A stretch of DNA of 64,000 nt, taken from positions 184,383 to 248,382 of the IMG/VR virus record IMGVR_UViG_3300031993_000008; one strand, given 5' to 3'. Every line of letters starts with the position of its first letter. Position 1 is the first letter of the stretch. The notes under the pieces are model-generated. The model had not been told where the DNA came from. It saw only the letters and a program-made list of their open reading frames with translations, and searched no databases. Made by a program: the position numbers and the translations under genes. The DNA is from a virus. Lineage: Duplodnaviria > Caudoviricetes. Positions 50,563 through 59,280 of this stretch are shown here, one piece after another.

Positions 50563-51368
50563 TATCTTCTGCTGGAGCTGCCGGATACAGATCTGCTTGG
50601 AGATGATGTGGTCCTGCTGCCAGATGGAGATGATGTTGATCTGCTATTGCTTGATGGAGATGTCACTGTCCTGCTGGTAGACCTTGACTCTGAAGAGACA
50701 CTCCTGTTGTATACACTTCTGTCACTGCTTGAAGATGTGGTGGCAGATCTGATAGAACTACTGGTACTGGACCTACTGGTACTGGACCTGCTGACAGAAC
50801 CTGAAGTACTTGGACTTGAAGTCCTTGACTCTGAAGAGACACTCCTGTTGGATACAGATCTGCTTGGAGATGATGTCTCCACTCTTCTGGATGTTACAGT
50901 TCTCTCCGGTGTTGAACCACTTCTCCTCTCTGTCCCATTCACCTGTCTGTTGGGTCTGAATTCATCCACCCTGCTTGGTCTGGGTTCAGGTCTTGGAGGA
51001 TTAGGTTTATGTGGGGGTCTCACCACTGCGGTGCGGGGGTGATGTCTCCAATCATAGTAATACCTGTAATCATAATATGTATACCTGTATTCATACCTGT
51101 AGAACCTGTGGTCATAATAACTGTAATAGAATACAGGTTCATAATACCAGGGATCATAATAGTGATCCCACATTATCTCCCAATATATGTCATCATAAAG
51201 CAACACATAATGGGGACTCTCATAGTGATGGAATCGGATCAGTCTCCTGGTCAATGGATACTCATCAACATATTCCACTTCTACTGTGGTATACAAGTCC
51301 AACCTCTGTGCAGGGATCTGTGCAAAGGTCATCATCATCAGAATCAGTGTGATCAGAAGTTTTCTCAT
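50562..51368 (-). CDS. exported protein with Tyr-rich domain and Ser/Arg-rich disordered tail
   Basis: Signal peptide MRKLLITLILMMMTFA; YY-rich block; SR repeats. Confidence 0.7.
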   Translation of the reverse strand: MRKLLITLILMMMTFAQIPAQRLDLYTTVEVEYVDEYPLTRRLIRFHHYESPHYVLLYDDIYWEIMWDHYYDPWYYEPVFYYSYYDHRFYRYEYRYTYYDYRYYYDWRHHPRTAVVRPPHKPNPPRPEPRPSRVDEFRPNRQVNGTERRSGSTPERTVTSRRVETSSPSRSVSNRSVSSESRTSSPSTSGSVSRSSTSRSSTSSSIRSATTSSSSDRSVYNRSVSSESRSTSRTVTSPSSNSRSTSSPSGSRTTSSPSRSVSGSSSRR

Positions 51369-51369
51369 A

Positions 51370-51624
51370 TTATTTCCTTTTGGATTTTTTCTCTTCTAAT
51401 TTAATCCACCCATTGGTCATCCAATCTATCAGCCAGTCAAACCACTGAAATATCCAGAACAATGGAAATGCGATTGCGGATATTACCCAGATGATTGGCC
51501 ATCCGGATGCCGCCATTATCACATCCTTGTTGGTGGATTGTGTGTATGCCTTCATATATGCTGCTGTCAGGATACCCATCAGGATGTAACCCAGTATAAT
51601 TACCAATATCTTCAAAATCATCAT
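51370..51624 (-). CDS. small membrane protein, GYILM-WP paralog
   Basis: ILGYILMG...WP. Confidence 0.65.
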   Translation of the reverse strand: MMILKILVIILGYILMGILTAAYMKAYTQSTNKDVIMAASGWPIIWVISAIAFPLFWIFQWFDWLIDWMTNGWIKLEEKKSKRK

Positions 51625-51627
51625 ATG

Positions 51628-51867
51628 TCAGTCGATTTCAGATTTATTATTCCACCTGTCTACCAGTTTCTTGACCAAGGGGATCATATACTTGGTTATC
51701 AGGAAAGGTATGACATAGAACACAAGACAAAGCAACAATACAGGCCACATGATTGCAACCAGGAGTTCCCCATCCTCTGCTTTGAAAAACTTCATAAGGA
51801 TCACCATACTCAGGAACATCATCAGGATGTATCCGAGTACCATCAGGATTATATACAGTGCATTCAT
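51628..51867 (-). CDS. small membrane protein, GYILM-WP paralog
   Basis: VLGYILMM...WP. Confidence 0.65.
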   Translation of the reverse strand: MNALYIILMVLGYILMMFLSMVILMKFFKAEDGELLVAIMWPVLLLCLVFYVIPFLITKYMIPLVKKLVDRWNNKSEID

Positions 51868-52109
51868 GATTTCTTATTCTTTCTACATTTATTCCAGAAC
51901 TCCAATTCCTCCCATGCACTTGATATTAGGGCAATGATTGCAAAAGGAATCAGTGCAATAAGATATATAAGACCCCACGCCAATGCAATTGGCCATATGA
52001 ATCCGGCTGCAACACAGTCAAATCTTTCCTGGTCGGGGAAGATCTTGTGAATGCAGACTGCTGTTATCACTCCCATCAGGATGTATCCCAATATAATCAA
52101 TGTAACCAT
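51864..52109 (-). CDS. small membrane protein, GYILM-WP paralog
   Basis: ILGYILMG...WP. Confidence 0.65.
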   Translation of the reverse strand: MVTLIILGYILMGVITAVCIHKIFPDQERFDCVAAGFIWPIALAWGLIYLIALIPFAIIALISSAWEELEFWNKCRKNKKS

Positions 52110-52134
52110 AGTTGTTTATTTGTCAGTCAATTTC

Positions 52135-52209
52135 AGAAAAAAGAAAGGTCTAACAATGCGAGAACTACAGAGTACCATCTCCAAACTCTCATCACATTGC
52201 CGACCTTTC
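52135..52209 (-). other. long imperfect RNA hairpin followed by a U run
   Basis: GAAAGGTC/GACCTTTC outer stem with further G-U-containing stems; intergenic. Confidence 0.6.
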
Positions 52210-52300
52210 AGAATTTTTGTGTGGTTTACCTCACTCGGGTCATTTCTGGTTCTTGGACTGTGTAGTGCAGACCTCAGGCTTTCAGGCCGGACATATTATG

Positions 52301-53080
52301 CTAACGTCTGAATCCGAACTGCGGGGCGCGAGGCATATTGACTGTGAAGTTCAGGCGTTCAATCATCCTGGTGATCTCATCAACACCATTGAATGGCAGC
52401 TGAATCTCACAACTGATGTTCTCATCTCCGGAGAAACCCGGATCAATGATGGAACTCAAATCCTTAAACTTGATGCGGCAATATGAAATACCTTCCAGGA
52501 CAATCATAGGTTCATCACCCTTACCACTGTGAATTATAATAGGATCAATCTTGTTGTTGAATCCTGCATAGTCATCCCAGAAATATGCCGACTGTGGCAT
52601 TGCCTTCTTGATCTGCTTTACATATGCATCTGTCTCCTTCTTGGACAGTTTGCCCTTATCCTGGATCTCTACCATCACAGACTTGACGGTCTTCAGGAAC
52701 TCAATTGTCTCATTAACGCCATAGAATCTCAACAGTGTCGTACCTGCTGAATCAGGAATCTCAAATGTAACTACAGTATTGCGCTTGCGGCTGAACCTCT
52801 TCTCGAATTCAGGAATCTCACTGATATATACCCTTACCTGATTAAGTTTGGGTGTGTTGAGATTGAATACCGGTTCAAAACCTCTCTCACTGAAGTTGAA
52901 CATACCACCCCAACCTCTGAACTGCGGTGCGACTGCCATCGGGGCAAATCTGCCTGCAGGTCGGAACTGGGTCATTGAACTCTCTGCTGCACCGGGCATA
53001 CCTTCACTTCTGAACATAGGCTGGGCAAAGGTCATGCTTGTAACAAGCATCAGTGCAATCAAAATCAAAAATCGTTTCAT
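52301..53080 (-). CDS. exported hypothetical protein
   Basis: Signal peptide MKRFLILIALMLVTSMTFA (probable start 53080); TAG stop. Confidence 0.65.
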   Translation of the reverse strand: MKRFLILIALMLVTSMTFAQPMFRSEGMPGAAESSMTQFRPAGRFAPMAVAPQFRGWGGMFNFSERGFEPVFNLNTPKLNQVRVYISEIPEFEKRFSRKRNTVVTFEIPDSAGTTLLRFYGVNETIEFLKTVKSVMVEIQDKGKLSKKETDAYVKQIKKAMPQSAYFWDDYAGFNNKIDPIIIHSGKGDEPMIVLEGISYCRIKFKDLSSIIDPGFSGDENISCEIQLPFNGVDEITRMIERLNFTVNMPRAPQFGFRR

Positions 53081-53110
53081 TTTCTCTTTTTTTAAATTAG
53101 ACGTTTGCAT

Positions 53111-53464
53111 TTATTCTTTGACGGACTTCACTGTACCACACTTTTTGCAACGGTACTGGGCAAAGTTTCCGCCATAACTCTCTCCTTCATAGGTGAAATC
53201 ATGGTCACACTTCTCGATCATGTGAAGATATTCAATATGGAGTTTCTTCATCCGGCGTTCAATCTTCTTCTGTTCAGACTTGACCGCCTTCTTGATCTTG
53301 GTGATCTCATCAGAAACTTTCTGACCCATATCCTTCACATTCTTGACAGACTCATTGATCTCTCTCAAGGCATTGTCCAATCCTGAATACAGTTCTGCGA
53401 GTGCGATATGCTCATCCCTGTTTTCCTGGACATCCTTGTTCTTGTACTTCTCTCTGGTAAACAT
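53111..53464 (-). CDS. coiled-coil protein with C-terminal Zn-ribbon
   Basis: CDH...CKKCG. Confidence 0.6.
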   Translation of the reverse strand: MFTREKYKNKDVQENRDEHIALAELYSGLDNALREINESVKNVKDMGQKVSDEITKIKKAVKSEQKKIERRMKKLHIEYLHMIEKCDHDFTYEGESYGGNFAQYRCKKCGTVKSVKE

Positions 53465-53946
53465 TATACCATATATTTTTTAATGTACTTGTCGGTAATT
53501 GTCTCTATCTCTTTCAACAGCGGTATATTGTGTGCAGTGTCATATTTTGTGTTCCAGGTATTGTTATTGTGTCTGTATGCCTGGATCAATGACATCGGAT
53601 GGACATTATTATATGTACTTACTACACACTTACACTTCTCGCTGGAAAAATAATTGTAAACACCTGTACAATCACCCAACATAGTTTTGTTTCCATCCAC
53701 TTCCACTTCTATTCCGACATGAACAAGACTCCATCTGTTGACGACATATTTGAACCATTTCTTTCTGATCCAATCTTCATGCCGGAAAATCACCACCCTA
53801 TAATTGATGTTCATTAACCGAAGGTACTTTGCCAGGACATATGCGGCAAAACAACAACCTCCATTGAACAAGTCAAACTCCTTTTGGTACTGGTTGATCT
53901 TCTGATCAAGTTCCCAAAGAAAACATCTGATATCTTCAGGTTTCAT
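53464..53946 (-). CDS. papain/transglutaminase-like Cys-His protein, paralog 1
   Basis: FNGGCCFAAY, HVGIE, GDC. Confidence 0.5.
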   Translation of the reverse strand: MKPEDIRCFLWELDQKINQYQKEFDLFNGGCCFAAYVLAKYLRLMNINYRVVIFRHEDWIRKKWFKYVVNRWSLVHVGIEVEVDGNKTMLGDCTGVYNYFSSEKCKCVVSTYNNVHPMSLIQAYRHNNNTWNTKYDTAHNIPLLKEIETITDKYIKKYMV

Positions 53947-53956
53947 ATCACTGGTG

Positions 53957-54442
53957 TTATTTACCAATACGCTTATCAAGGTATTTCTCCACGATTGCGT
54001 TGATATCCCTCATCAGCGGACCGTTGCACTCCCTATTGTAATAAGGGTTCCAATCATTGTGGCGGTATGCCTGAAGAAGTTCCATAGGATTGATCCTCTT
54101 GTAACTCCTTATATTATATTCATATCCAAACCTGTGGAAATATATATAAATACCGGCACAGTTACCGATTATCCACTTCAGTCCTCCAAGATCTACCTCA
54201 ATGGCGACATGTGCCACACCTTCACCATTGATGGCCTTATTGAACTTCTTTTCATTGAGGATCTCATCATACTGATAGAGAACCACATTATACTTTACTC
54301 CCAATTTCTTGAGGTTCTTGGCCAGGGCATATGCCGAGAAGCAGCAACCACCTGAAAACAGGTCAAATCTGTCTACATAATGGTTTATCTTCTGATCAAG
54401 TTCCCAAACCAACTCTCTCATTTCTTCTACTGTCAGTTTCAT
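53957..54442 (-). CDS. papain/transglutaminase-like Cys-His protein, paralog 2
   Basis: FSGGCCFSAY, HVAIE, GNC. Confidence 0.5.
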   Translation of the reverse strand: MKLTVEEMRELVWELDQKINHYVDRFDLFSGGCCFSAYALAKNLKKLGVKYNVVLYQYDEILNEKKFNKAINGEGVAHVAIEVDLGGLKWIIGNCAGIYIYFHRFGYEYNIRSYKRINPMELLQAYRHNDWNPYYNRECNGPLMRDINAIVEKYLDKRIGK

Positions 54443-54473
54443 ATTGTTCGGTGTTTGTTGTTTATCTTCATTA

Positions 54474-54505
54474 CAAAGATAATACATTTATTTCATACCA
54501 CCAAA
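54474..54505 (-). promoter_or_regulatory. Bacteroidota-type early promoter
   Basis: TTTG(GTGG)-N20-TATCTTTG, perfect consensus. Confidence 0.85.
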
Positions 54506-54617
54506 CATTTCGCTGACTTTTTTCAGAAAAAATCAGAAAAAATCAGTTTACTGAAAATCGCAGACCGTCACCGCAGATTTCACATCACTTGTCAGTCAAT
54601 TGCAGATTGGTCAGGAC

Positions 54618-55433
54618 TCAATATTCCTCAGGCTCTGATCTCTGGAGTTCCTCTCCGGAGTCGAATTCCCTGATCTTCCCAGTACTGTCAATATAAAAAG
54701 GTCTTCTGCAATCGAGATCTGCAATACAGTCAAGAAGAACCGGTTTCTCCCTGCACTGTGTATGACCGACTATGTTGAACCCATATGTCTTCTCTTCCGT
54801 AACCTTTGTCCATGATCTGATGTCAGACCATACTGGGGATCCTCCATATGGATACAGTGATCCTCCGAAACCTCGGAATATGTCATATTCTCCCAGATGT
54901 TCCAGTACTCTGAAGTCATAGGTCAGCCATGCTTCATTGAGTTTCCTGATGATGTTGAATTCAGGATCTGCCATCTCCTTCGGTGTCCATACTCCGGCTG
55001 CCCAGCCTTTCAGGATACCGGCATGACTGAAGACAAAGTGTCTGTCCGCAATCTCGCAATCGTATGCCAACCTGAACATCTCTCTGTTACCATTGAATAA
55101 TCCTGATATCACATCCTTGTGTCTCCTATCCATCCTGGAAGAGTTGATGTCTTCACTGATACAGTATCCACAGTCATGGTTTCCGATCAGCAAGGTTACC
55201 CGGTCAGGATAATGCTTTTTCAGTTCTACTATTCTCCTGAACCTGTCCAAGGATACCATCCTGGTGTCATCCACATCTCTCCACTCCTCTTCATGGGGAT
55301 ATTCATCCAGGTAATCTCCCAGGAAAACTATATGGGCATCGGTACTGCACAGTGTCTCACCGACCGGGTTGATCCAGAACTGACGGCCGTGAACATCAGG
55401 AATTATCAATATTTTAATGTCTGGTTTCTTCAT
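54618..55433 (-). CDS. calcineurin-like metallophosphoesterase
   Basis: DVHG, GDYLD, GNHD, HAG, GHT. Confidence 0.9.
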   Translation of the reverse strand: MKKPDIKILIIPDVHGRQFWINPVGETLCSTDAHIVFLGDYLDEYPHEEEWRDVDDTRMVSLDRFRRIVELKKHYPDRVTLLIGNHDCGYCISEDINSSRMDRRHKDVISGLFNGNREMFRLAYDCEIADRHFVFSHAGILKGWAAGVWTPKEMADPEFNIIRKLNEAWLTYDFRVLEHLGEYDIFRGFGGSLYPYGGSPVWSDIRSWTKVTEEKTYGFNIVGHTQCREKPVLLDCIADLDCRRPFYIDSTGKIREFDSGEELQRSEPEEY

Positions 55434-55719
55434 AGAACTTACCTTCACTGTTCCTAGAGTATGTTGTCACCACTTCAGTGTCCATCACATCTTGGCTCTC
55501 TCTTCTGATCATGCCATACATCTTCTTGACTGCCTCCTCTTCAGAATGGTAACCCATTGCATCATCTATGTTTCTGCTGTACATACGGTCTACATTGTAA
55601 TCTGCATAGTACTTCCAGATCAACTTACCTGTCAGCCATCTCTGGAACAGAGCCTGGACAACCCATCTCTCCTCACCACTTATCCTGGTGATCTTCACTA
55701 CTCTGAATTTGGTTATCAT
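55414..55719 (-). CDS. hypothetical protein
   Basis: ORF after TTGTTATATTT motif 55743. Confidence 0.55.
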   Translation of the reverse strand: MITKFRVVKITRISGEERWVVQALFQRWLTGKLIWKYYADYNVDRMYSRNIDDAMGYHSEEEAVKKMYGMIRRESQDVMDTEVVTTYSRNSEGKFYEETRH

Positions 55720-55806
55720 ATCAAATTGATTTTCTACATATTAAATATAACAAAAACACCAGGCAAATGCTTGTCTGGTGTAGATTTTTTTCGGTACTGG
55801 ACCCAT

Positions 55807-56607
55807 TTAATTGGGAAGTTTGAACCCCTTCAGGATCTTGGCGAGTTCAGGTATATGGATCTCATAGAACCAGGTGAATGTGAAGAGTATGTCTTCCACC
55901 ACTTCCTTACAGGATACAATATGATTCTTGAGTCTGGTATCCATAGGTTCATGCAGGGCTTCATCCAGATCCTCGCAACTGGTGAACCTGTCGTTCTTGT
56001 CACCGAAGTTGTAGAAGTCCTCTATAGGATGGTTCTGCACATCATACAGTCCTATGATGTTGTCGATTCCATCGGTGAAGATCACTGTTCCGTCTACTTC
56101 AAAGTGACCCTCCTTGTTCTTGTGCAGATTCTTGACCCATACATACTGGGAACCTATCTCATCATCTCTGAAGTACAGATACTTCCCTGTATAACTTCTG
56201 CTGAGAGTCCTGACAGTCATTCCATCCTTACCTTGGACAGGAACATCATCAGATTCCATCTTCTTAAGGATCACATTGCAGCATTCTATGCACTCATTCA
56301 GGATATCTGTATCCTGAAGTACGGGTCTCTCCTTCTCTATCTTCTTACAGAGATCACTGAATGTATTAACATCTCCCTTCCTGTAATATTCCGGAGCCGG
56401 AGAGTCATCGAAGACTGTATCGAAGATGTTGGTATATGCTACCTTCTTCAGGTCTTCCTTCTTGACCTTCAGCAGTGTCATAAAACTGAACTTGAGCAGT
56501 TCAGCCGCTTCCTTGGTGTTGGTTCTGAGTTCTGAACCTGTAAATTTCTGTTTGGACCCGGAGACTATGTTCTCTAGTCTGCAGATCGCTTTCTCTAGAG
56601 TCATCAT
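55807..56607 (-). CDS. hypothetical late protein
   Basis: TATAAATA at 56635-56642 on the minus strand. Confidence 0.6.
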   Translation of the reverse strand: MMTLEKAICRLENIVSGSKQKFTGSELRTNTKEAAELLKFSFMTLLKVKKEDLKKVAYTNIFDTVFDDSPAPEYYRKGDVNTFSDLCKKIEKERPVLQDTDILNECIECCNVILKKMESDDVPVQGKDGMTVRTLSRSYTGKYLYFRDDEIGSQYVWVKNLHKNKEGHFEVDGTVIFTDGIDNIIGLYDVQNHPIEDFYNFGDKNDRFTSCEDLDEALHEPMDTRLKNHIVSCKEVVEDILFTFTWFYEIHIPELAKILKGFKLPN

Positions 56608-56666
56608 GGTATTAGGAAAATTTGGGCTATATAGTATTTATAGAAATCCCAAATTATTTCCTGATT

Positions 56667-57188
56667 CTATGATGACCTTTTGGCTTTAAGTTCATCCCTG
56701 AGATCTGTCAAGATCTTACCTAATTCATTCCTACCCCAGTTGTCCACATGATCAGGGGCATCATTCTCATTGTATCCCACTCCCCAGATTCTGTCATACC
56801 AGGAAGCTTCCACAAAAGTCTTTCCTGAATACTTCGGATCCAGGAGTTTCTCCCTGAGATCTGAATTCTGGTAGAACTTATACCTCACTGCGGTGCGCAT
56901 ACGGTCTACCCTGACTTTGTCCCACTCCTCATCAACATAGTTCCTGACCTTCTGTCCAAGATCTCTTGCTTCCTGGGGAGTCTGACTCTGAAGGATCTTC
57001 TCCGCCATCTCCTGGTCATTAAAGAAGACGGCTTTGAACCACATAAACATCTGTTCACTGGAACTGAACTCAATGGGGTCACTTTCCAGGGGGACATAAT
57101 AGGGATCTGAAAACTTTATCTTACACTTGGTGAAGTTACACATAGGATGTTCCTTCCAGAAGAATACATATTTGTCGGTTATTCTCAT
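56667..57188 (-). CDS. NADAR (YbiA-like) family protein
   Basis: F.SSEQ.FM..KA, KFYQN, FVEAS..DRIWGVG, GRNELGKIL. Confidence 0.9.
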   Translation of the reverse strand: MRITDKYVFFWKEHPMCNFTKCKIKFSDPYYVPLESDPIEFSSSEQMFMWFKAVFFNDQEMAEKILQSQTPQEARDLGQKVRNYVDEEWDKVRVDRMRTAVRYKFYQNSDLREKLLDPKYSGKTFVEASWYDRIWGVGYNENDAPDHVDNWGRNELGKILTDLRDELKAKRSS

Positions 57189-57200
57189 AGATCTGCAATA

Positions 57201-57467
57201 TTAATAGGTAAATACTGTCTCCTGCATCTCGACTGTTTTTGTCTTGGTTTTCCGGATATACTTGAGGAGATCTTTCTTGGCAGTCTCCAAATCATCATAT
57301 GTATCCTTCAGACTCGAGTCAAACAGATAGTCCCAACCACCGGTGACAAACAATGCTGTCCACAGATTCCGGTACTGCAATTCATAATAGACATCATATA
57401 CAGCAGTCTCCTTTGTAACCGGATCTGTAGATTCTGTCCAACACTTGACGATACGATATTTCTTCAT
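57201..57467 (-). CDS. hypothetical protein
   Basis: KYRIVK N-terminus, similar style to 55414-55719. Confidence 0.55.
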   Translation of the reverse strand: MKKYRIVKCWTESTDPVTKETAVYDVYYELQYRNLWTALFVTGGWDYLFDSSLKDTYDDLETAKKDLLKYIRKTKTKTVEMQETVFTY

Positions 57468-57473
57468 AATTTC

Positions 57474-57833
57474 TTAAATATTGATCCCATCATAGTCGTG
57501 GGCATGTTCTGGAAAATACTTGCTGACAAAGTACTTGTTGAAAGGCACCGGATGACCCAACTCGGCATCCTTCATATCATCATATGTCAGGGATCTGCCC
57601 AGCCTTTTCTCCATGCAATCCTTACATAGGTATCCACCTCCAATCCAGGTCTCACCATCTTTCATATAATACTGTACCTGGGGTTCATCCTTGGCGATCT
57701 GTTCCCAGATTTCATCTCTGAGCATCGGGGACTCCTCACCGAAGTAAGGGAACTGGTGTCCACAGTTCCAGCACTTGCACTTGGATGCATCAGTTACCAG
57801 TTCTCTTTTCATCTTCCCAGTTAAACAGTCCAA
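57474..57833 (-). CDS. Zn-finger hypothetical protein
   Basis: CWNC...LCKDCMEKRLGR. Confidence 0.6.
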   Translation of the reverse strand: MDCLTGKMKRELVTDASKCKCWNCGHQFPYFGEESPMLRDEIWEQIAKDEPQVQYYMKDGETWIGGGYLCKDCMEKRLGRSLTYDDMKDAELGHPVPFNKYFVSKYFPEHAHDYDGINI

Positions 57834-57999
57834 AATAATCGAACAACCACCAGATGATCACATCAATGGGAACCATAATGGCGATCTGCCATCCATGCTT
57901 GATTCCTGACAGGACAGTAAATACCAGAACAGTGTTGACCAGCAATGTCAACAAGAAAACCAGTATGTCCATCCACATTCTTATGTATTTGGGTTTCAT
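57790..57999 (-). CDS. small membrane protein
   Basis: Two hydrophobic helices. Confidence 0.6.
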   Translation of the reverse strand: MKPKYIRMWMDILVFLLTLLVNTVLVFTVLSGIKHGWQIAIMVPIDVIIWWLFDYFGLFNWEDEKRTGN

Positions 58000-58230
58000 A
58001 TGATTTGAAATTAAAGGTTAAACACTACAGTTCCTCACACAGATCACTGGTGATGGACCAGATGAACATGTCAACAATGATCATCACAATAACTCCTAAA
58101 AAGGATGCCACCATACCTGCCTGGTGAAAGATGTTCAGACAGTATCCATTCAATAATGTCATCAGAATGAACACTATTACCTTGATGAAAATTTCCATAT
58201 GATTTGAAATTAAAGATTAAACACTACAGT
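57997..58230. repeat. 35-bp direct repeat (1 mismatch) spanning stop-spacer-start
   Basis: CATATGATTTGAAATTAAAG[G/A]TTAAACACTACAGT at 57997-58031 and 58196-58230. Confidence 0.9.
58025..58198 (-). CDS. 57-aa membrane protein (not in track)
   Basis: MEIFIKVIVFILMTLL...LCEEL, TAG stop. Confidence 0.6.
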   Translation of the reverse strand: MEIFIKVIVFILMTLLNGYCLNIFHQAGMVASFLGVIVMIIVDMFIWSITSDLCEEL

Positions 58231-58403
58231 CCATCACACAACCACTTGGCGAGGTGTTCAGCGATAAACCAAATCAGGATATCGGTGACAATCAGGATGA
58301 TACTTGTCAGGATAATGTTGACTCCTACAAAAAACATGTTGTACAACATTACATTGATAATGAATGTCAAAATGAAGATATAAAACTTTGTAACTGTTTC
58401 CAT
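58224..58403 (-). CDS. 59-aa membrane protein (not in track)
   Basis: METVTKFYIFILTFII...LCDGL, TAG stop. Confidence 0.6.
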   Translation of the reverse strand: METVTKFYIFILTFIINVMLYNMFFVGVNIILTSIILIVTDILIWFIAEHLAKWLCDGL

Positions 58404-58405
58404 AA

Positions 58406-58840
58406 TCAGTTCTTTTTGGTGAAACGTCCCTTTGCATCTCTCTTGAGATCCTTGGTCTTGGCAGACTTTTCAGACATATCGGTTTCAAAGTCATTATCCT
58501 TGATTCCCAGAACCTCTTCCCTGTAGGTCTCTATGTATTCCTGCATATAATTACTGTCGGTTGCAAATGCCTCCATCTGGGTTGCCAGGCTTTCTACCAG
58601 CAGATCCCTGGTGACCTTCACATTGTCCATCTCAAAGGATTTGACAATCTGTGACAACATATAGTTGATGAATTTCTCACCCAATGATTCCACGACGGTG
58701 CGGGCGATAAACCAGCCTGCCGGAGTGGGCTTTCTCATCATATAGTGCATGAAACACTTTTTCTTGTCTATTTCAGAAAACTTGTTGATGATCTCTGCCG
58801 GCAGATAGCCGTAAATCTCATTGTACTCTTGTCTTTTCAT
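58406..58840 (-). CDS. hypothetical protein
   Basis: C-terminal RDAKGRF motif. Confidence 0.6.
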   Translation of the reverse strand: MKRQEYNEIYGYLPAEIINKFSEIDKKKCFMHYMMRKPTPAGWFIARTVVESLGEKFINYMLSQIVKSFEMDNVKVTRDLLVESLATQMEAFATDSNYMQEYIETYREEVLGIKDNDFETDMSEKSAKTKDLKRDAKGRFTKKN

Positions 58841-59280
58841 TTGCTTATGCTTCTTTTGATAAAATCCAAACTCTGTTCATCTCTCTCCTCAATATCCTCA
58901 ATGATTGCCTTGACCATATTGTCAATCACCGATTCAGGACTCTCATCAGTGAGGAACTCCAGGCAGACCTTTCTGTCTTGGCAAATCTTCCAAAGGGCTC
59001 CCATTGTCCAGCAGGGAATATCTTCATCTTTCACTATAGGACTTCCTGTCACCAGAATTGTTTTTCCGTCTCTTGGAGACTTGATGTAAGACATATCCGC
59101 TGTTGTCGGATCCACTCCGATTCCCAACAGTTCCTGAACCTGGTCTATACTTGTGACTATCATATCAGTCAAATTTTTTGAGATCTTCCTTGAACTTGGC
59201 ATATATCCGGAGACTGTCTGCCTTATTCTCCTGAAGTCTTTTGATTTCTTTGGAATGGTAATTGATATGCCACTCTGCAT
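58837..59280 (-). CDS. hypothetical protein
   Basis: TSIDQ..ELL..G.DP.TADM...IPCWT.GAL; true start probably downstream of the tracked start. Confidence 0.55.
   Translation of the reverse strand: MQSGISITIPKKSKDFRRIRQTVSGYMPSSRKISKNLTDMIVTSIDQVQELLGIGVDPTTADMSYIKSPRDGKTILVTGSPIVKDEDIPCWTMGALWKICQDRKVCLEFLTDESPESVIDNMVKAIIEDIEERDEQSLDFIKRSISK

Noticed and set aside
55417-56535. 372-aa + strand ORF
   Set aside because: Antisense shadow of two minus-strand genes that have their own promoter motifs; no recognisable motifs.
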